A DNA stretch of 64,000 bases from Aplysia californica (taxonomy: Eukaryota): the NCBI RefSeq assembly GCF_000002075.1, contig NW_004797788.1:118718-182717 (forward strand). Direction: 5' to 3'. This document shows positions 28,135 to 41,301 of this stretch, in pieces. Numbering within the stretch: position 1 is the stretch's first letter; each line of letters opens with the position of its first letter. Made by a program: the position numbers and the translations under genes. The notes under the pieces were generated by a model. It searched no databases, was not told the origin of the DNA, and worked only from the letters and a program-made list of their open reading frames with translations.

Positions 28135-28285
28135 CATGTTGTGACCTCAGTGCCTTCTTGTTGTATCTCCATTTTTTTAAATAGTGAAAATGTGACTTCT
28201 TCTTAAGCTCACTCTTCGTTATGAACTGTTTTCACAGTTATTAAAAATGGAGATACGACAAGAAAACACTGAGGTTGTGATATGC
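28135..28285. repeat. Inverted repeat / hairpin (arms ~47-55 bp, ~38-nt spacer)
   Basis: acctcagtgccttcttgttgtatctccattttt...gtgaaaa (28144-28190) versus ttttcac...aaaaatggagatacgacaagaaaacactgaggt (28229-28275). Confidence 0.85.
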
Positions 28286-28452
28286 ACAAACACAAACATA
28301 ATTCACAGACAACACAGCGGTCCATCTTCAAACACATCCCACCATCCAACACTCACCCTCACATAAACTAGAATCAAGTTCAAGAAAGTTCTCGTACAAC
28401 AGTAAATTTTAAAAAAACAACGTACTTTTGACATCTTTCTCATTCATCAATA

Positions 28453-28458
28453 TTTATT
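28453..28458 (-). promoter_or_regulatory. Candidate distal polyadenylation signal of Dicer-1 (AATAAA)
   Basis: tttatt on +, followed on the - strand by a GT/T-rich stretch; sits where strand composition switches. Confidence 0.4.
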
Positions 28459-28719
28459 TTCCCAATTCTCAAAAACAAGGTGTCACTCACACTGTCTCAT
28501 CCTTTTGTTGTCTTCAACTCTCATTCTAATTGATTTGTCATTGTTGTAAATAGATTAAATATAATAATTGACTCTGAAGACAGGTAATGTATAACATCAA
28601 AGCACTTGACCGCCATAATGTCAGAGGAAATCTTGATCTCTGCCAGCAGGTAGGCTGAAAAAGGGTTGGAAAATTGTGGCCACTTTTGTATATGACGCGT
28701 CATATATTGTGGCATCTCT

Positions 28720-29220
28720 CACATGATGTATGACGACATATCACATATATACATGACATGTGGTCTGGTGTCACCTCTGAACATGACATATGATGTGTCA
28801 TATCTGCACATGATGTATGACGACATATCACCTGTACACATGATGTATGACGACATATCACCTGTACACATGATGTATGACGACATATCACCTCTACACA
28901 TGATGCATGACGACATATCACCTCTACACATGATGCATGACGACATATCACCTCTACACATGATGTATGACGACATATCACCTCTACACATGATGTATGA
29001 CGACATATCACCTCTACACATGATGTATGACGACATATCACCTCTACACATGATGTACGGTATGACGACATATCATGTATACATGACACATGGTTTGCGT
29101 CACCTCTACACATGACATGGTTGGGTGTCACTTCTACATATGGCGTATGACATTTCACCTGTACCTGACATACAGTGCTGTGTCACATGGTGTACAGTGT
29201 TGTCACCTCTGCACACGACT
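28720..29220. repeat. 30-bp minisatellite (CACATGATGTATGACGACATATCACCTCTA)n
   Basis: 8 near-perfect units from 28807 to ~29050 with degenerate flanking units. Confidence 0.95.
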
Positions 29221-30899
29221 TACGTTGTGTGGCCACACTTCTGTTATAATATATCAATATCATGCTCGTTGTACATTAACACTTTGCCATCATATTCTGG
29301 GGAAAATCCGAAGAAACTGGGTGGTAAACATCGCCAATCTGTGAGATGAGGCGGCAAAGTGTTAAGAAGACCCCATCATAAATACTCGGGACAGCACAGT
29401 CAAGAAACTTCACCTACACCAAAGTCTACAGGAATGAGAAAATAACAAGGATTCCACGGAAGTACTGAAACGGAGCTAACTAAAAACTGAACATCCAGCA
29501 GAAACACACACAAGTAATGGACAATGTAGTCGAACAGACTTTTCCCTAACGTAATACGTTTTTTTCAAAAATAAAACTCAGTCAGATCCTTCACACTGCT
29601 GTTAGTGATTATGTTTTCAAAGTTGTGTAGGGCAGCTTGAGTCCAGCAAACTGATGTCAAGGTTGACGCTAACACTAACAGGCAGGGTTGAAGCCCACCT
29701 CCTAAATGACTGGGATCTAAATTGTGTTAAAAACACTTACAATAAATTATTTTAGTCAAACGCTCAAGTTTTTTTTCACTTAGACATTCCAATAACTGGA
29801 GCAGTCTACTACAAAGTTCCTTGCTTAGACAGTCCATCATAGGTCATCCTTTGAGTATATGTAGCACAAAATCAAGACAGAAAAGCCAGATACCAACATA
29901 TGAGCCACATTAATGCTTTCCTGCCTACCATCCATGGCAACAAAAAGTGCTCTGAACAACATACACAGTGCTCTGAACAACATTGGTATACTTAAACTTC
30001 TCCCAACAACATCAACACAGGAAGTACAAAGATATTCATTATAAAAAAAGAGATAACAATTCTGTTAGAAAGATGGACAGAAGAACTTACATTGCAAAAT
30101 GCACAATGTCAGCAAGCTGTTCATCTGTTTTAAGTCCAAAAAGCAACATTTCTCAGGAGAGAGATCAAAATTGTTTTTCTTATTGTATCTGTACCTACAG
30201 AATGTATTTCTTGCTTTGTTTTTTCTCCAAATTTAAAATTTGAATTTTCACAAGATATTTCTTGAGCACATGCATCCGATACCACAAGTTAAGAAACTGT
30301 TATAAAAAAAAAGTGTTCAAAAATTGGGGAGCACATCTGAACAGCTGGCAGATGACATATTATGTAATTTTAGCAAGAGACGCTATCCTTTCTGCAGGTA
30401 GGCTAAAAGGCATCAGACACAAAGGTTCACTACCGGAAATGAGTGAAGCACACAATAAAAAGTCGGTTCATCTCTAGGATCAACTGTACAAAATATCAAA
30501 CAAACTGTTGGTCAATGACTACAGCAATACAAAAAGAAGAATGATGGTTGCACTTTAAAAAAAAAAAAAAAAAAAAAAAGAAAACAGTTGAAAGAGCAAC
30601 AATAAATATACTCTTGTATTTGATCATTTCACCAACAGAAGAGCTTGTTCTACCAATCTGTGTTGTTCAAGTTTCTGAACAAACATGAACAACAACAGTA
30701 TCAATACAATACTGATCATTTCATGTTGGGGAAAAGCAAGAAAGAAGAGATAAAAACCACAATACAGGGGAAGGGAAGAAGGACTATTTGCACAACAGTG
30801 GGAACTCCTACGAGGTTCAACAGGCTTCCTTTTATAATAAATAAGTCGTTTCAAGCTGTTTCAGCCTCTTTCAATTTAATAAAACGAGGGTTGTTTGTT

Positions 30900-31005
30900 T
30901 TATTTAAGAGTTTTACAGCACTTGCACAAATAGACATAATATATATAAGTGCTTCATAAAGATTAGAGGTGACAACAAGAGAGTAACATGCAAAGAAAAG
31001 AAGAA
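30900..31005 (-). mobile_element. Family A copy (3' half)
   Basis: taagagttttacagcacttgca...aagattagaggtgacaacaagagagtaaca is the reverse complement of the family. Confidence 0.75.
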
Positions 31006-32384
31006 TTGCAATCTTTATGGTTTCGGTCTTAAAAACTTTAAGGCATAACAAATAAGGGCATGTTCTTTTACAAGAAGAGCTATCAGCTGCATACATTTGC
31101 ATTTTTCTTTTTTCCTCTACTTTAGCTTTAACAAAAGGTGCTTCAGCCTCGTTCACTGATAAACACTTCCTGAAAGCAAATTAAACGTGACGTAATGAAT
31201 CATTCCATGATGTGTAACTCGTGCAGGTATAAGTATAATTCAAGCGGCTCATGGGAGTTTACCACGTCATTTTTTTTGTGTGTGGCTTGTGACATTCTCC
31301 AAATGAATTCCTCAAACTCACTGCTATCACTTATTCATTTACAATAAGTTGTTAAAAATGGCAAACAGCACAGTATATGCAAGATAAGTGTAAATAATGT
31401 ATATGGTACTCCAAAAGTTATAACTTCATCTTTAGAAATAAGAATCTGGACAGATTTTCTGCTCTCCGTAAAACTGTCTAAATGTCAGGTGCAGGAGTTT
31501 TGCAACAAATAACTATAAAACTATGTGAAACTGAATTACATCAGGGTTTGTCATACTTGGATTCCATTGCAAAAAGAGAAAACATTTTTAAAGTATGTAA
31601 ATATTGTAGGCTAAAGTGAAAGACCTTCTATCGAACTTTCAATTACATTGGTCACATATCTGATCTATACATGCCTTGAACCAATGGGGGTAAAGTCATA
31701 CCATCTCAAAAAAAAACAAGAAGAAAGACTAACAACAAATACCAACCCAACCCTCAGGTAAAATCCTTTCTTGACGAGTCAGCGGTCTGGTTTTGTGATA
31801 CTATTAAGCAAGTCAGGTGGGTGTTGCAGCCAGAAAGTAAGCATAGCAGGAATTAATGTACCCAGAGCTAAGCTATTCACTTTATGTATTTTACTTTAAA
31901 ATTTAATTAAACATGTAAATGTTCTAAACAGTGTTATTCGCACTAGAAAGAACAACCCATGATTGAATAAAATTAATCTCCCCTTAAAGTAGTGGAGACT
32001 TCTACCATGCCTATCATATCACAAATAGTGAGTGATGAGTTGATGAGTGCACAGATGAACACAATTACTAAAACAAGCCATAACTAATCCAACTTAATCT
32101 TAACTTGTAACACCTTTGGGATCTGTCTTCATTTTCTTTTTCTATTCTTTTAAGCTAATCATCATTGTTCACCAAAAGATATAAGGTGACATGTAAATAT
32201 TATAAGTAAGGCAGTTTGGGTAGGAGTAGGGAGAAGAGAGGATTGCATCAAGTGTGGTCCACACCCACTCACTGAGGAAAGGCAACCAGAAAACACTGCA
32301 AACCAGTGCCAGCATACCCAGAAGAGATGAATTGAATGTGTCAGATTTTTTAAGTTTTAGTATGAGTTTTCTGGCACTTGAAAA

Positions 32385-32531
32385 ACACAATTAGGTCACA
32401 TTAGTGCCAAAAATTAGAGGAGTAACAAGAGTTACATACAAAAAAAAAAGAGATAAACGGATAGACAGATTTTGATTAACACTTTGATAGGAAAGAAGGA
32501 GCAAATCACAGCAGAGTACCACCAAACCAAC
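32385..32531 (-). mobile_element. Family A copy
   Basis: aggtcacattagtgccaaaaattagaggagtaacaagag...gataggaaagaaggagcaaatcacagcagagtacc. Confidence 0.75.
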
Positions 32532-33830
32532 AATGTATATGTGTCTGGCAGAACTGGTAGAAAAAAGGCTCTGATAACTAGACAAACCCACCAACCCACA
32601 GTATATGATTGCATATATAGGCTTGCAAGGGTATATAAAGCCACTGGCTGCCAAGTATGGCCATTCAAGTATCTCAGGCCAACCAGGATGATAGCTGGGG
32701 AAATCTCAAGCTCAAACAACAGTACACCACTTCCAAATTACTATACTCAAATAAAAAATTCAATAAAAAAATCCTTCCAGATGACAATCCTTCTGGAGGT
32801 TGCCCACAACAGGGCAAGACTCAGCTCACACAATGCATGACATGTACATGATTTGAGCAATGCATCGGACGTTGAGAGGAAAGGACAAATCACAAACTAT
32901 TACCAATCGTAGCTAAGACATTTCACAAAATATCCATCATTTTGATCTTTTCTCCCCACCAACTGAAACATTCAGTTCTCCAGAAGTGCCTCACTTCACC
33001 TGGCTGCATTGACAATGATCACAGGCTTCCTTCACAAACACAATGATGACAAAGCCAAGGTTTTTCTACCCACATCTGCCATGAAAAGTCAAACAAGGGA
33101 AGGAAAAAATAAAACGGCTCCACATCCAAATATATCTGTTCAACTGACCGCACAACCAGAGGTTCCAAACCGTTCATTTTCACAACATTCCACCAGCTTT
33201 ATCAGTTTCAGCAGAAAATAATAAGTATAACAAAACTTAAGATGCTTTTGCCCCAAGGTAACATGTATGAAGATTGTTGATGCTCTCACCGACTGAGAGG
33301 AATCTTTTCCGTACCCTTTGTGTCTGATCTTACTGGCTTCACACCAATTACAAGAGACCATACTAGAGTATCTTCAAAACATTAACACAAATACAGCTGA
33401 TAAAACAACATGAACTCTTGACAAATAAAGATAACATTAAAGCGTAATATACAATATGGACAGACTAGAAACACCAAAAAGCAAACAACAAACTAAATAA
33501 TAAATATCTTGACCACAAAGCAAGAAATAAATGTACAATCTGCATCACATAAAATATTCATGATACCACTATTTTTGTCCCAGAAGCATGCAGTATAACC
33601 AGAACCATTCTTGCATCTGCTCTTGTTGCAGCCAGAGAAACATACTTTTGTTATACAAAGAGAACTGTAGAATATCAAAATTTATCCTTTTTAAAAAAAA
33701 ATCAAAAGGATAGCAAAAATTGCATACGATCCTGAAAAGTCACTGAACTCTGATCCCAGGCACTGTCAGGGCGGCCATTGTTCCATCCAACTCTGATTGC
33801 AGTTATGTTAGGGACTTCGTTTGGAAATTC

Positions 33831-33905
33831 TAATAATAATAAAAATAAAAATAATAATAACACTAATATAAATGTAATAATAATAACAAATATAATAATA
33901 ATAAT
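33831..33905. repeat. (AAT)n-like low-complexity tract
   Basis: taataataataaaaataaaaataataataac... Confidence 0.85.
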
Positions 33906-36260
33906 TGCATTATGTAGCGGATATCCATTCTCTACAGCATGCTCTACGCGCTTTACAACCATTAAATCAAACATATAGTTTTTGTGTACAGAGCATTACC
34001 TTGTCTGTTTCAACTTGTGGAAAATGCTGAGAGTAATCATGCACCATGCAGTGTGCGAAGAAAGTAAGGCTGGTCAAAACACACACTGTGCACAGGGAGC
34101 AGCTGACAAAATGTCTTTTCAAGTCCAAGCATAAAACAGTGACATGAAGTTTGACAACTTTAAGTAAGATGAACATAGGATAGTGACCTCAATATTTCAG
34201 GTCAATAAAGAACACAATTAGAATCAGAACACAAAAAATAATTCAGAGAGCAGTGAATGTTTCTAGACCTATCCCCATTTCCTGGTAGGTCAAGGGTGAT
34301 TCACTGATCAGTTCTAATTATATTTTCTTCTTTTTCGTCCTCACTATCCCGTTTAGCAACTAGATCTAGATCTGAATCATGATCAATGTCCGATTCCTGC
34401 TTCTGACCTGGCATTGACTCCTCATTCATTTTGCCCTCTCCTTTATTGCTATGACAACCATACAGAAGAAAATAAATATCTAGATTCAAGCTCGATGTGG
34501 AGAAAAAAGTTGAAGATGTTTGAAAAAAAAGTTCCACAAAGTGCTGATAACAGCACAAGATTTAAACAATCCTGATTTGCTCTCTAGTAGCCCAGTAACA
34601 AAACTAAACAATGGCAGAAGCCAGAAGATCTTGTCAAATCAAGTCACGTTGACAATGCTGGTTGAATTACATTTCCCTTGAAAGCAGTCCAGGGTCAACT
34701 CCAATAATGACTGGTTGCAAGAATGCAATTACAGGGCATATAGGTAGGAATGGGTTAAAAATTCATCAAACATATTATTCTAAAACAAAACCATGAAAAA
34801 ACCAAGGTTAGTCTTGTAAAGACTAAACAGCACAAACGCATTTTATTAATCAATAAAAAAAAAAATATAAAAAAAAGCAGAACAAAACAAGCAACAAAGA
34901 CTCATGACTAGGATGAGCCATTAATGCAGATAAACGACTCTTGAGCACAGCCCTCCAAAGATCAGAAACAGTTCATACCCTGTTTACATTTGTGCTTCAT
35001 TCACAATTTGATAATACAAGGACTTCATGAAAGAAAAAAAAAAAAAAAGAGAGGCAAGTAGTCAAAAGCAAGAAAGACAAAAAACTTAGTGAAGTAGAGG
35101 ACGGTAACTCACTCACTACTAAAGTACTAAAGCCACACAAGGGTCTGTCTGGGAAAAGAAGTCACCTGCTGTAACTGAGGCTACACTTGTGTCGGTTTTG
35201 ACTTTACTGTTTAATTCCAAGCTGAACTTATGCTTTATATCTGCTTTGATATTTTACACGAAAGTAAAGTAGCCTTTGTACAATCCTTTTGTTGTAGAAT
35301 CTATTTACTGGAGTGACCTCCACTTGAACAGTAGTCAACTACTGACAGGAAGTTTCAAAGTGACAGTTGAAAGTGAACTCAAACATGGCTTCCCCTGACT
35401 GCCCATATCTCTTTATCAAAATTTTTTTTTAGACCAGTAAACTGCTCCCTCAGCTGTTATAGATGAATGAGATAACAATAATGAACACTGTCATTCCAGT
35501 CATACCTAGTTGATGAGAAAAGAGGACTTACCGTTAAGTTAAAACAAAGTGTACTTTGTAATTATTCATGATAACAAATGTAGCTATTTGATGTTAAACT
35601 TATTTCTGTACAAAATGGTATACATGCTCTGAGCAGTTTTCAGATTTTTTTACAGCAGCACACTAAGTGTGAAAAAACAAAGTGTTATTTCCCATGTGAA
35701 GTCCTGAAGCAGGTTTTCACTGTGGAGTCAGTAATACCCAGTGGGTTAAAAACATTTTTTTGCATTATAAAATTCAACCAGAGCTGTGCTATGGTACATT
35801 TTGATGCTTGGTACTTTGTTATGAAGTATGATTGATTTTTTCAAAAATGCTGACGACAATGATGGAAGAGAGGTGTGTAACGCATGTCTTAAATGGAAGG
35901 TCATGACAGAGTTAAACTAGGAAGGAAATAAAGAAAGGAAATAAGAAATGGGGAAGGATTAGAGAGAGAGAAAAAAAGTTTTGCCTTTTAGAAAATGTAG
36001 AAAGATGAAGATAATACAAAAGCTAATGTTTAAGTCAGTCAAACAGTGTCAAAGCCACGACCAGCATAAGGTCTGACAAATATAAACACAAACAAACACA
36101 CCGTCATATATCCTGAATCCACAAAAGGAAACATTTCATTCATCACAAAGCTTGCAAAGCATATGTTCCCTTCCATCACAGTCTCAAATCATCTGTCAAT
36201 GAAATATGGATTATATTAAATCTTTGTCTTGATGATCTATCACAATTTGCAGTGGTTGCC

Positions 36261-36423
36261 CTATCCAATTAAGTTCTGAGTCATGGTGCGGATGGAGCGT
36301 AAAGCTTTCTTTGCTGCTGCACTCTTTGCGATGCGGTAGTTCCTGCCAACACCGCTAAACACTCCTTTACCGACCACATTAACAGTGACACGCACTCTTC
36401 CATTCAACGTCCTCTCAGGCCGC
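36261..36423 (-). CDS. DICER1: Dicer-1 last coding exon, dsRBD
   Basis: [45 protein letters not shown]...*; TAG at 36263-36261. Confidence 0.96.
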
Positions 36424-36457
36424 CTGCAACAAAGAAGTGGGGACACACATATTTTTT

Positions 36458-36945
36458 TGTTTTTAGTAAGTGTTTTACAGCACTTGCAACACAATAAGGT
36501 CATATAAATGCCTAAGACTAGAGGTGTTACAAGTGAGTAACAAACACAAAAAAGAAGGAAGGGAGATATGGAGGACACATTGTTTTAACATTTGTTTTGG
36601 TAAGAGTTTACAGCACTTGCAACACAGTTATTTTATTTTGTTTTTGCAAGAGTTTTATGGCACTTGCAACACAATAAGGTCATATAAGTGCCGAAGATTA
36701 GAGGTGTTACAAGAGAGTAACAAACACAAAAAAGAAGGAAGGGAGATAAAGACGACAGATGTTTGATAGGAAAGAAGAAGGAAACCACAGCAGAGCACCC
36801 GCCAACCAAGTTACAAAAGTACTGAAGATTAGAGTTATTACAATAGAGTAATTAACACAAAGAAAAAGTGAGGAGAGATAAGGACAACAGATGTCCGATA
36901 GGAAAGAAGAAGCAAACCACACTAGAGCATCCACCAACCACGCAC
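36458..36945 (-). mobile_element. Tandem cluster of 3-4 family A copies or fragments in the last Dicer intron
   Basis: Repeated gttttacagcacttgcaacacaataaggtcatataa...gaggtgttacaagagagtaacaaacacaaaaaagaaggaagggagata; the tail ends ~35 nt from the acceptor. Confidence 0.88.
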
Positions 36946-37491
36946 TGACAACCTTTAAGAGAGAGGGCAGACAGATTTCATTTGTCACAGTTCTGTTGCA
37001 GTGTGTCAGATGCCATGCATACATTCCCTTGGCGTCTCTCTTCCCTTTTCTTCAAATTCAGAATTGATTTTAGGTTTAAAAAAAAAATATAAAAAAAAGA
37101 CAGCTGACGCTGATGTCAATAACTAAATAATATACTATCACGCACCCCTCAATAGGTTATCACTGAGCGTTGACCACATATTGCTGGCAGCTTCCACCAC
37201 GATGCATACAACACCGACTTTTCAGACCAGATGAGTTAAAACAATCTATTTTTCAAGTTGACAAGTATACTTTAACCAATTCTGCACCAATAACTTCATT
37301 TAAAGTTTGCTGAAGTTGAAATCAAACCATTTGCTGCCAAGTAGAGGTCATGATAACAGGCAAGGTATTATACTGAGCAAGGTATTTTTCATGTTTAAAG
37401 CAAAAAGCAAAACTATATGTAGCGATGGAAATTATATTTCATCAATTATATGCCCATTACATGTAGAGATAGAAATTTCACTTCGTCTATT

Positions 37492-38912
37492 CATGGGTCT
37501 CAACTCAGATTTTTTTAAAAGGAGGAACTTTCCATGTGATCGCGACAGAAGCCCATTTTTGCGAGACACCCACTATTATTATACTGTGGGACCCTAGAAT
37601 GTTGAAATAAAAACCATCAATTTATCAAAGCAAGGTTATTTCATACCAGTTTGAGGGTTTGGAAGATAATTTCAAGTAAGAGTCACTTACCAAATATTTA
37701 CAATCTTGATTACGTACAGAAAGTAGAGGCACACTGTGGTCTTGTGCGACTTATTTATATTTTACATTCATCATATTCGCCTATATAAACTATATAAAAA
37801 TGAATCTTGTTTTGAGCCTGGGAAAAGGCCTAGAACCAGAATATTGACTGTCATGAACCAGTCTGGGTGTAATGATTCATATAATATACGTGAAAGACAA
37901 AATTAATGCTAAAACTCAAAGTAGAGTAGAGTAACAACTTGAATAGCTCAAGTAAACCTATTCAGTGAGAGGGGTGTAGGAACTGTGGGAGGGCACGATA
38001 CAGTGACACTGAAATTCTGTGAATCTTTAACAAAAATCTAAAATATAGAGACATAATTTACTGTCACCCATCCAATGAAACGCGAGCACTTAGGCCTCTG
38101 CCCTAAGTTCATTAACACGCTTACAAGTAGTTATGACGGATCCCGATTATACACAAGGCATGTACAAACGTGCACTTTACTTTGCAGAGAGCTGTAGTAG
38201 TAATCAAAATTCTAAATATTAAAATTTGCTGCCAATTTGTTTTCTTTTTTTTGTCCACTAATGTTGCGTCCAGCCATCCCCCCATCCCCGAGTGTATTTT
38301 TTTTTTAAATCGATAATCTCCCCCCATTCCGGAGTCCTGTACTTCACAGCGCTCAGAACGCGCGCAGGTTCATTGACCGGTCATAATGACGAGCCCGACA
38401 AAATGCTTGTGTAACTTTCTTCCCTTTTTCCCCCCCCAGCAAGCGACAGCACAGTGACGAACATTATTTTCATGGCGACACCACGTTTGTAATGAAGAAC
38501 CTGCATGTTACAAATGTTGCGTTTTCAGACTTTTACAGACAAATTTCTGAGATCTTGATTTTCCGGTCGAGCCTCGGTGTCACATACAATTCCGCTTGCC
38601 TCTATAGCCGCCTGTTCGCTTGAAACGTACTCTCAGACCGGGAAAAGCCGAATTAACATCACAATCCCTACGGGCAAAAATGAACTTAAAGACGTTATCG
38701 GATTTGGTTTTCAAATAATGTTTGAAATCTTTTATGTATTTTCCCTCGTCTCGGCGATTTTTTTTCAAATTCCCAGGTAATTCCCGAGGCCTGGCAGTCA
38801 CTCTGCTCCCAGCAACTCTCTTTCTGATTGACCCGCTTTTTCAGTAGCGGAGTTTAGCGGAGGACATGGCAGTAGCGGAAATCCGCTAAGGAGCGGAATA
38901 TTGAGACCCATG
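37492..38912. mobile_element. Non-autonomous hAT-like element with 5-bp TSD
   Basis: TIR CATGGGTCTCAA/TTGAGACCCATG; TSD ctatt at 37487-37491 and 38913-38917. Confidence 0.85.
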
Positions 38913-39232
38913 CTATTACAATCTCAATTCTTTTTTATCTTTGGAGAGTTTTCCTGAAAGTTGACAAGTGCTGGCGGAGCAAAACAAAATTCCTGTTCCA
39001 ACCTCTAATTACAGTGGCCTGTATTTCAAAAATACCATTTATCTGCTTCAAGCTAACAAAATATATTTGTAAAATAATTGCCAAACGCTGCATCCCAGGA
39101 GGTACATCAGGAACCAGAATAGTCTCACAAACAGTCTCTTGAACAGAAATAAGTCATTCATGCTGACAACCCACCCCCCAATAAACCCTTGCATTGATCA
39201 ATACAACATGAAGACACAACAGATTGACTCAC

Positions 39233-39308
39233 TCAAATTTGGCTGTCTCAGGCTCAGTCTCCAACAACTCTCTCACTGGTGATTTGGGGATACTCTTCAA
39301 ATACTTGT
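39233..39308 (-). CDS. DICER1: Dicer-1 exon, dsRBD start
   Basis: Hand translation DKYLKSIPKSPVRELLETEPETAKFE; donor GA|gtgagt. Confidence 0.95.
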
Positions 39309-39858
39309 CTGAGGACAGATGAAACATTTCACAGGTCAGTAAGCGATTGCCCAGAAAAAGATTTATGCATGCATTGTAGACATAACAATACATTCATTTA
39401 TCATATATACAAAAGTTCCAACTCAGAAACTGTCTTTGCTGATTTGAGCTTGTGTTCTTTCAATAGCCAACCTAGCAAGCATTTCAGTTTTTCCAGGACC
39501 CCTAGTCATCATGATTTTCCCACATTCTTTCACTTTTCGAAAGTAATAAAATGAGATTATTGCAAGGTAAGACATGCTTTTTTCTACCTTTAACAGTTAA
39601 AGTGTTCTTTCACATGCACAATTTATGTACAGATCACCCACCCTTTTCATCCTCATCAGGGAAGACTTTTGAGTACATCCTTTCTACTTTAAGAGACCAG
39701 GGCAGAGAAAAACTAGCTTTAAATAATAACCAAAGAAAAAACAAGTCATTCAGTAGCCATGTCTGCATGAGCCTTGCATAAGACCAACCACTCAGTAAGA
39801 TCTCCACATCTGTCACAGGATCTTTTCTCAACAAGCAACACCACTGGACATTCAACAA

Positions 39859-40413
39859 TAGAGCTGGGTCGCAAGCGCGAGAACGGAACTGAATAAACCA
39901 CTCTTGCCTGCGGAACGCGATTCACTTCAGCGGAACGCGGAACAGTATCGCCAAACGATTCCCGATTCACTCCCCAGTCGCTGTCACCACCTTGTGGCTT
40001 GTTTAACCTACTGCTCACGAGCGCAAGAACTGAACGGAACACTTAGTATGGCTACCCTTATTTCACAAAAGATGGTATAGTCCAACCCTCCTATTAAAAC
40101 AAAATGAACGGGGTCCAACCAATAGACAGAAGGCATTTTATGGAGCCATTGTTTTAACGAATCATGGGGTGGGGGGGGGGGGATTTATGGGGTCACTAAT
40201 TGAGGTCAGTTGATAGAGCAGCGCAACAAAGGGTGTGCGGCGGAGAGGATGGCGGAACAACAAGAGTGGTACTCGCACTCGCCAAGTGGCGTTGACATGA
40301 CACTGTTCTGTTTCAGTCGGTGTTGCGCCACAGTTCCACGAGCGCTCGCATACTCGCGGTTCTTTGAAGCCGACTGAATTGCGAATCGTCACTCTCAAAT
40401 TTGGCCAGCCCTA
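39859..40413. mobile_element. hAT MITE, 8-bp TSD
   Basis: Ends TAGAGCTGG and CCAGCCCTA; TSD ttcaacaa/ctcaacaa (7 of 8 match). Confidence 0.7.
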
Positions 40414-40702
40414 CTCAACAAGTCCATCACCATCAGGGTGCCTTTTCATCTTTTGTAAAGGTTCTAAAGACTTTGCCCTGATTTAAAATAGAGACAAGGA
40501 GAAAGACAGAGAGACAAGGAGAGGAAAAAAGACAAATGGGAGAAAGAGAGAGCGGGAGAGAGGGGGAAAAAGAAAGCAGAAGGAGACTCCATGAACCTGA
40601 AATTTCAGTCCAATCAAGAACAAGGAATTCCTTCAATATCCTATACAACTCTCTGAACTCTAAAGAGATACTTTGTCTTAGACCAGGTCACAGCTCCCTC
40701 AC

Positions 40703-40895
40703 CTATATGAGGTTTCATCATCCTGTAGTAGACTCGCCACACAGCATCCAGAGACATGCCACTGTCCAGGTAGATCGCTCCAGCCACAGACTCAAAAATA
40801 TCCCCCAAGGCTTTGGGAATCTCCATCTCTACTTCCTCTTCATCCTCCTCCTCTTCTGCTCCTTCCTCAACCTCTCCATCCTCCAGCTGGCGGAA
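40703..40895 (-). CDS. DICER1: Dicer-1 exon, RNase IIIb end ([20 protein letters not shown])
   Basis: Catalytic D/E motif present; cag|TTC and G|gtgagg. Confidence 0.96.
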
Positions 40896-41301
40896 CTGTC
40901 CACAGAAAAAAAAACAACAACACATTTCACTCAGTCTTCTTTGCTTACATCGTTTTTCTTCTCATTCTTCAAGTTTAGAGTATAAGGGTAACTTCAATGC
41001 TTTAGAAACAAATCATTATCATACCTCTTACAAAATTGTGTCTACTGAACAACGTTAATAGCATGTCACCAATCGTCACATTAATGATGAATAATTATGT
41101 CAAAAGATGCTACATTTCTCCCCTGAGAAATAAACGAAGCATCCAAACTTACAATCGTTTCAAGGGTTTCATATCATCAGTACTTACAGAATACATGCAT
41201 TTATTATATATATATTGGCTATATCAACAATATTCACATAAAGCCCAGCACTCCAAGAACATAGCTACATTTAGACAGAGAAAGAATAACCAATGTCACA
41301 C

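Noticed and set aside
27544-28206. 220-aa ORF as a host RNase H gene
   Set aside because: Only the C-terminal motif is present and it is degenerate (PRH in place of PGH); it fits a truncated retrotransposon fragment.
28807-29057. CRISPR-like array
   Set aside because: Units are contiguous with no unique spacers, and the context is eukaryotic.
28700-29158. Repetitive ORFs, including (CRGDMSSYIM)n with tandem RGD
   Set aside because: A 30-bp unit without stops opens several frames on both strands; there is no signal peptide or splice context.
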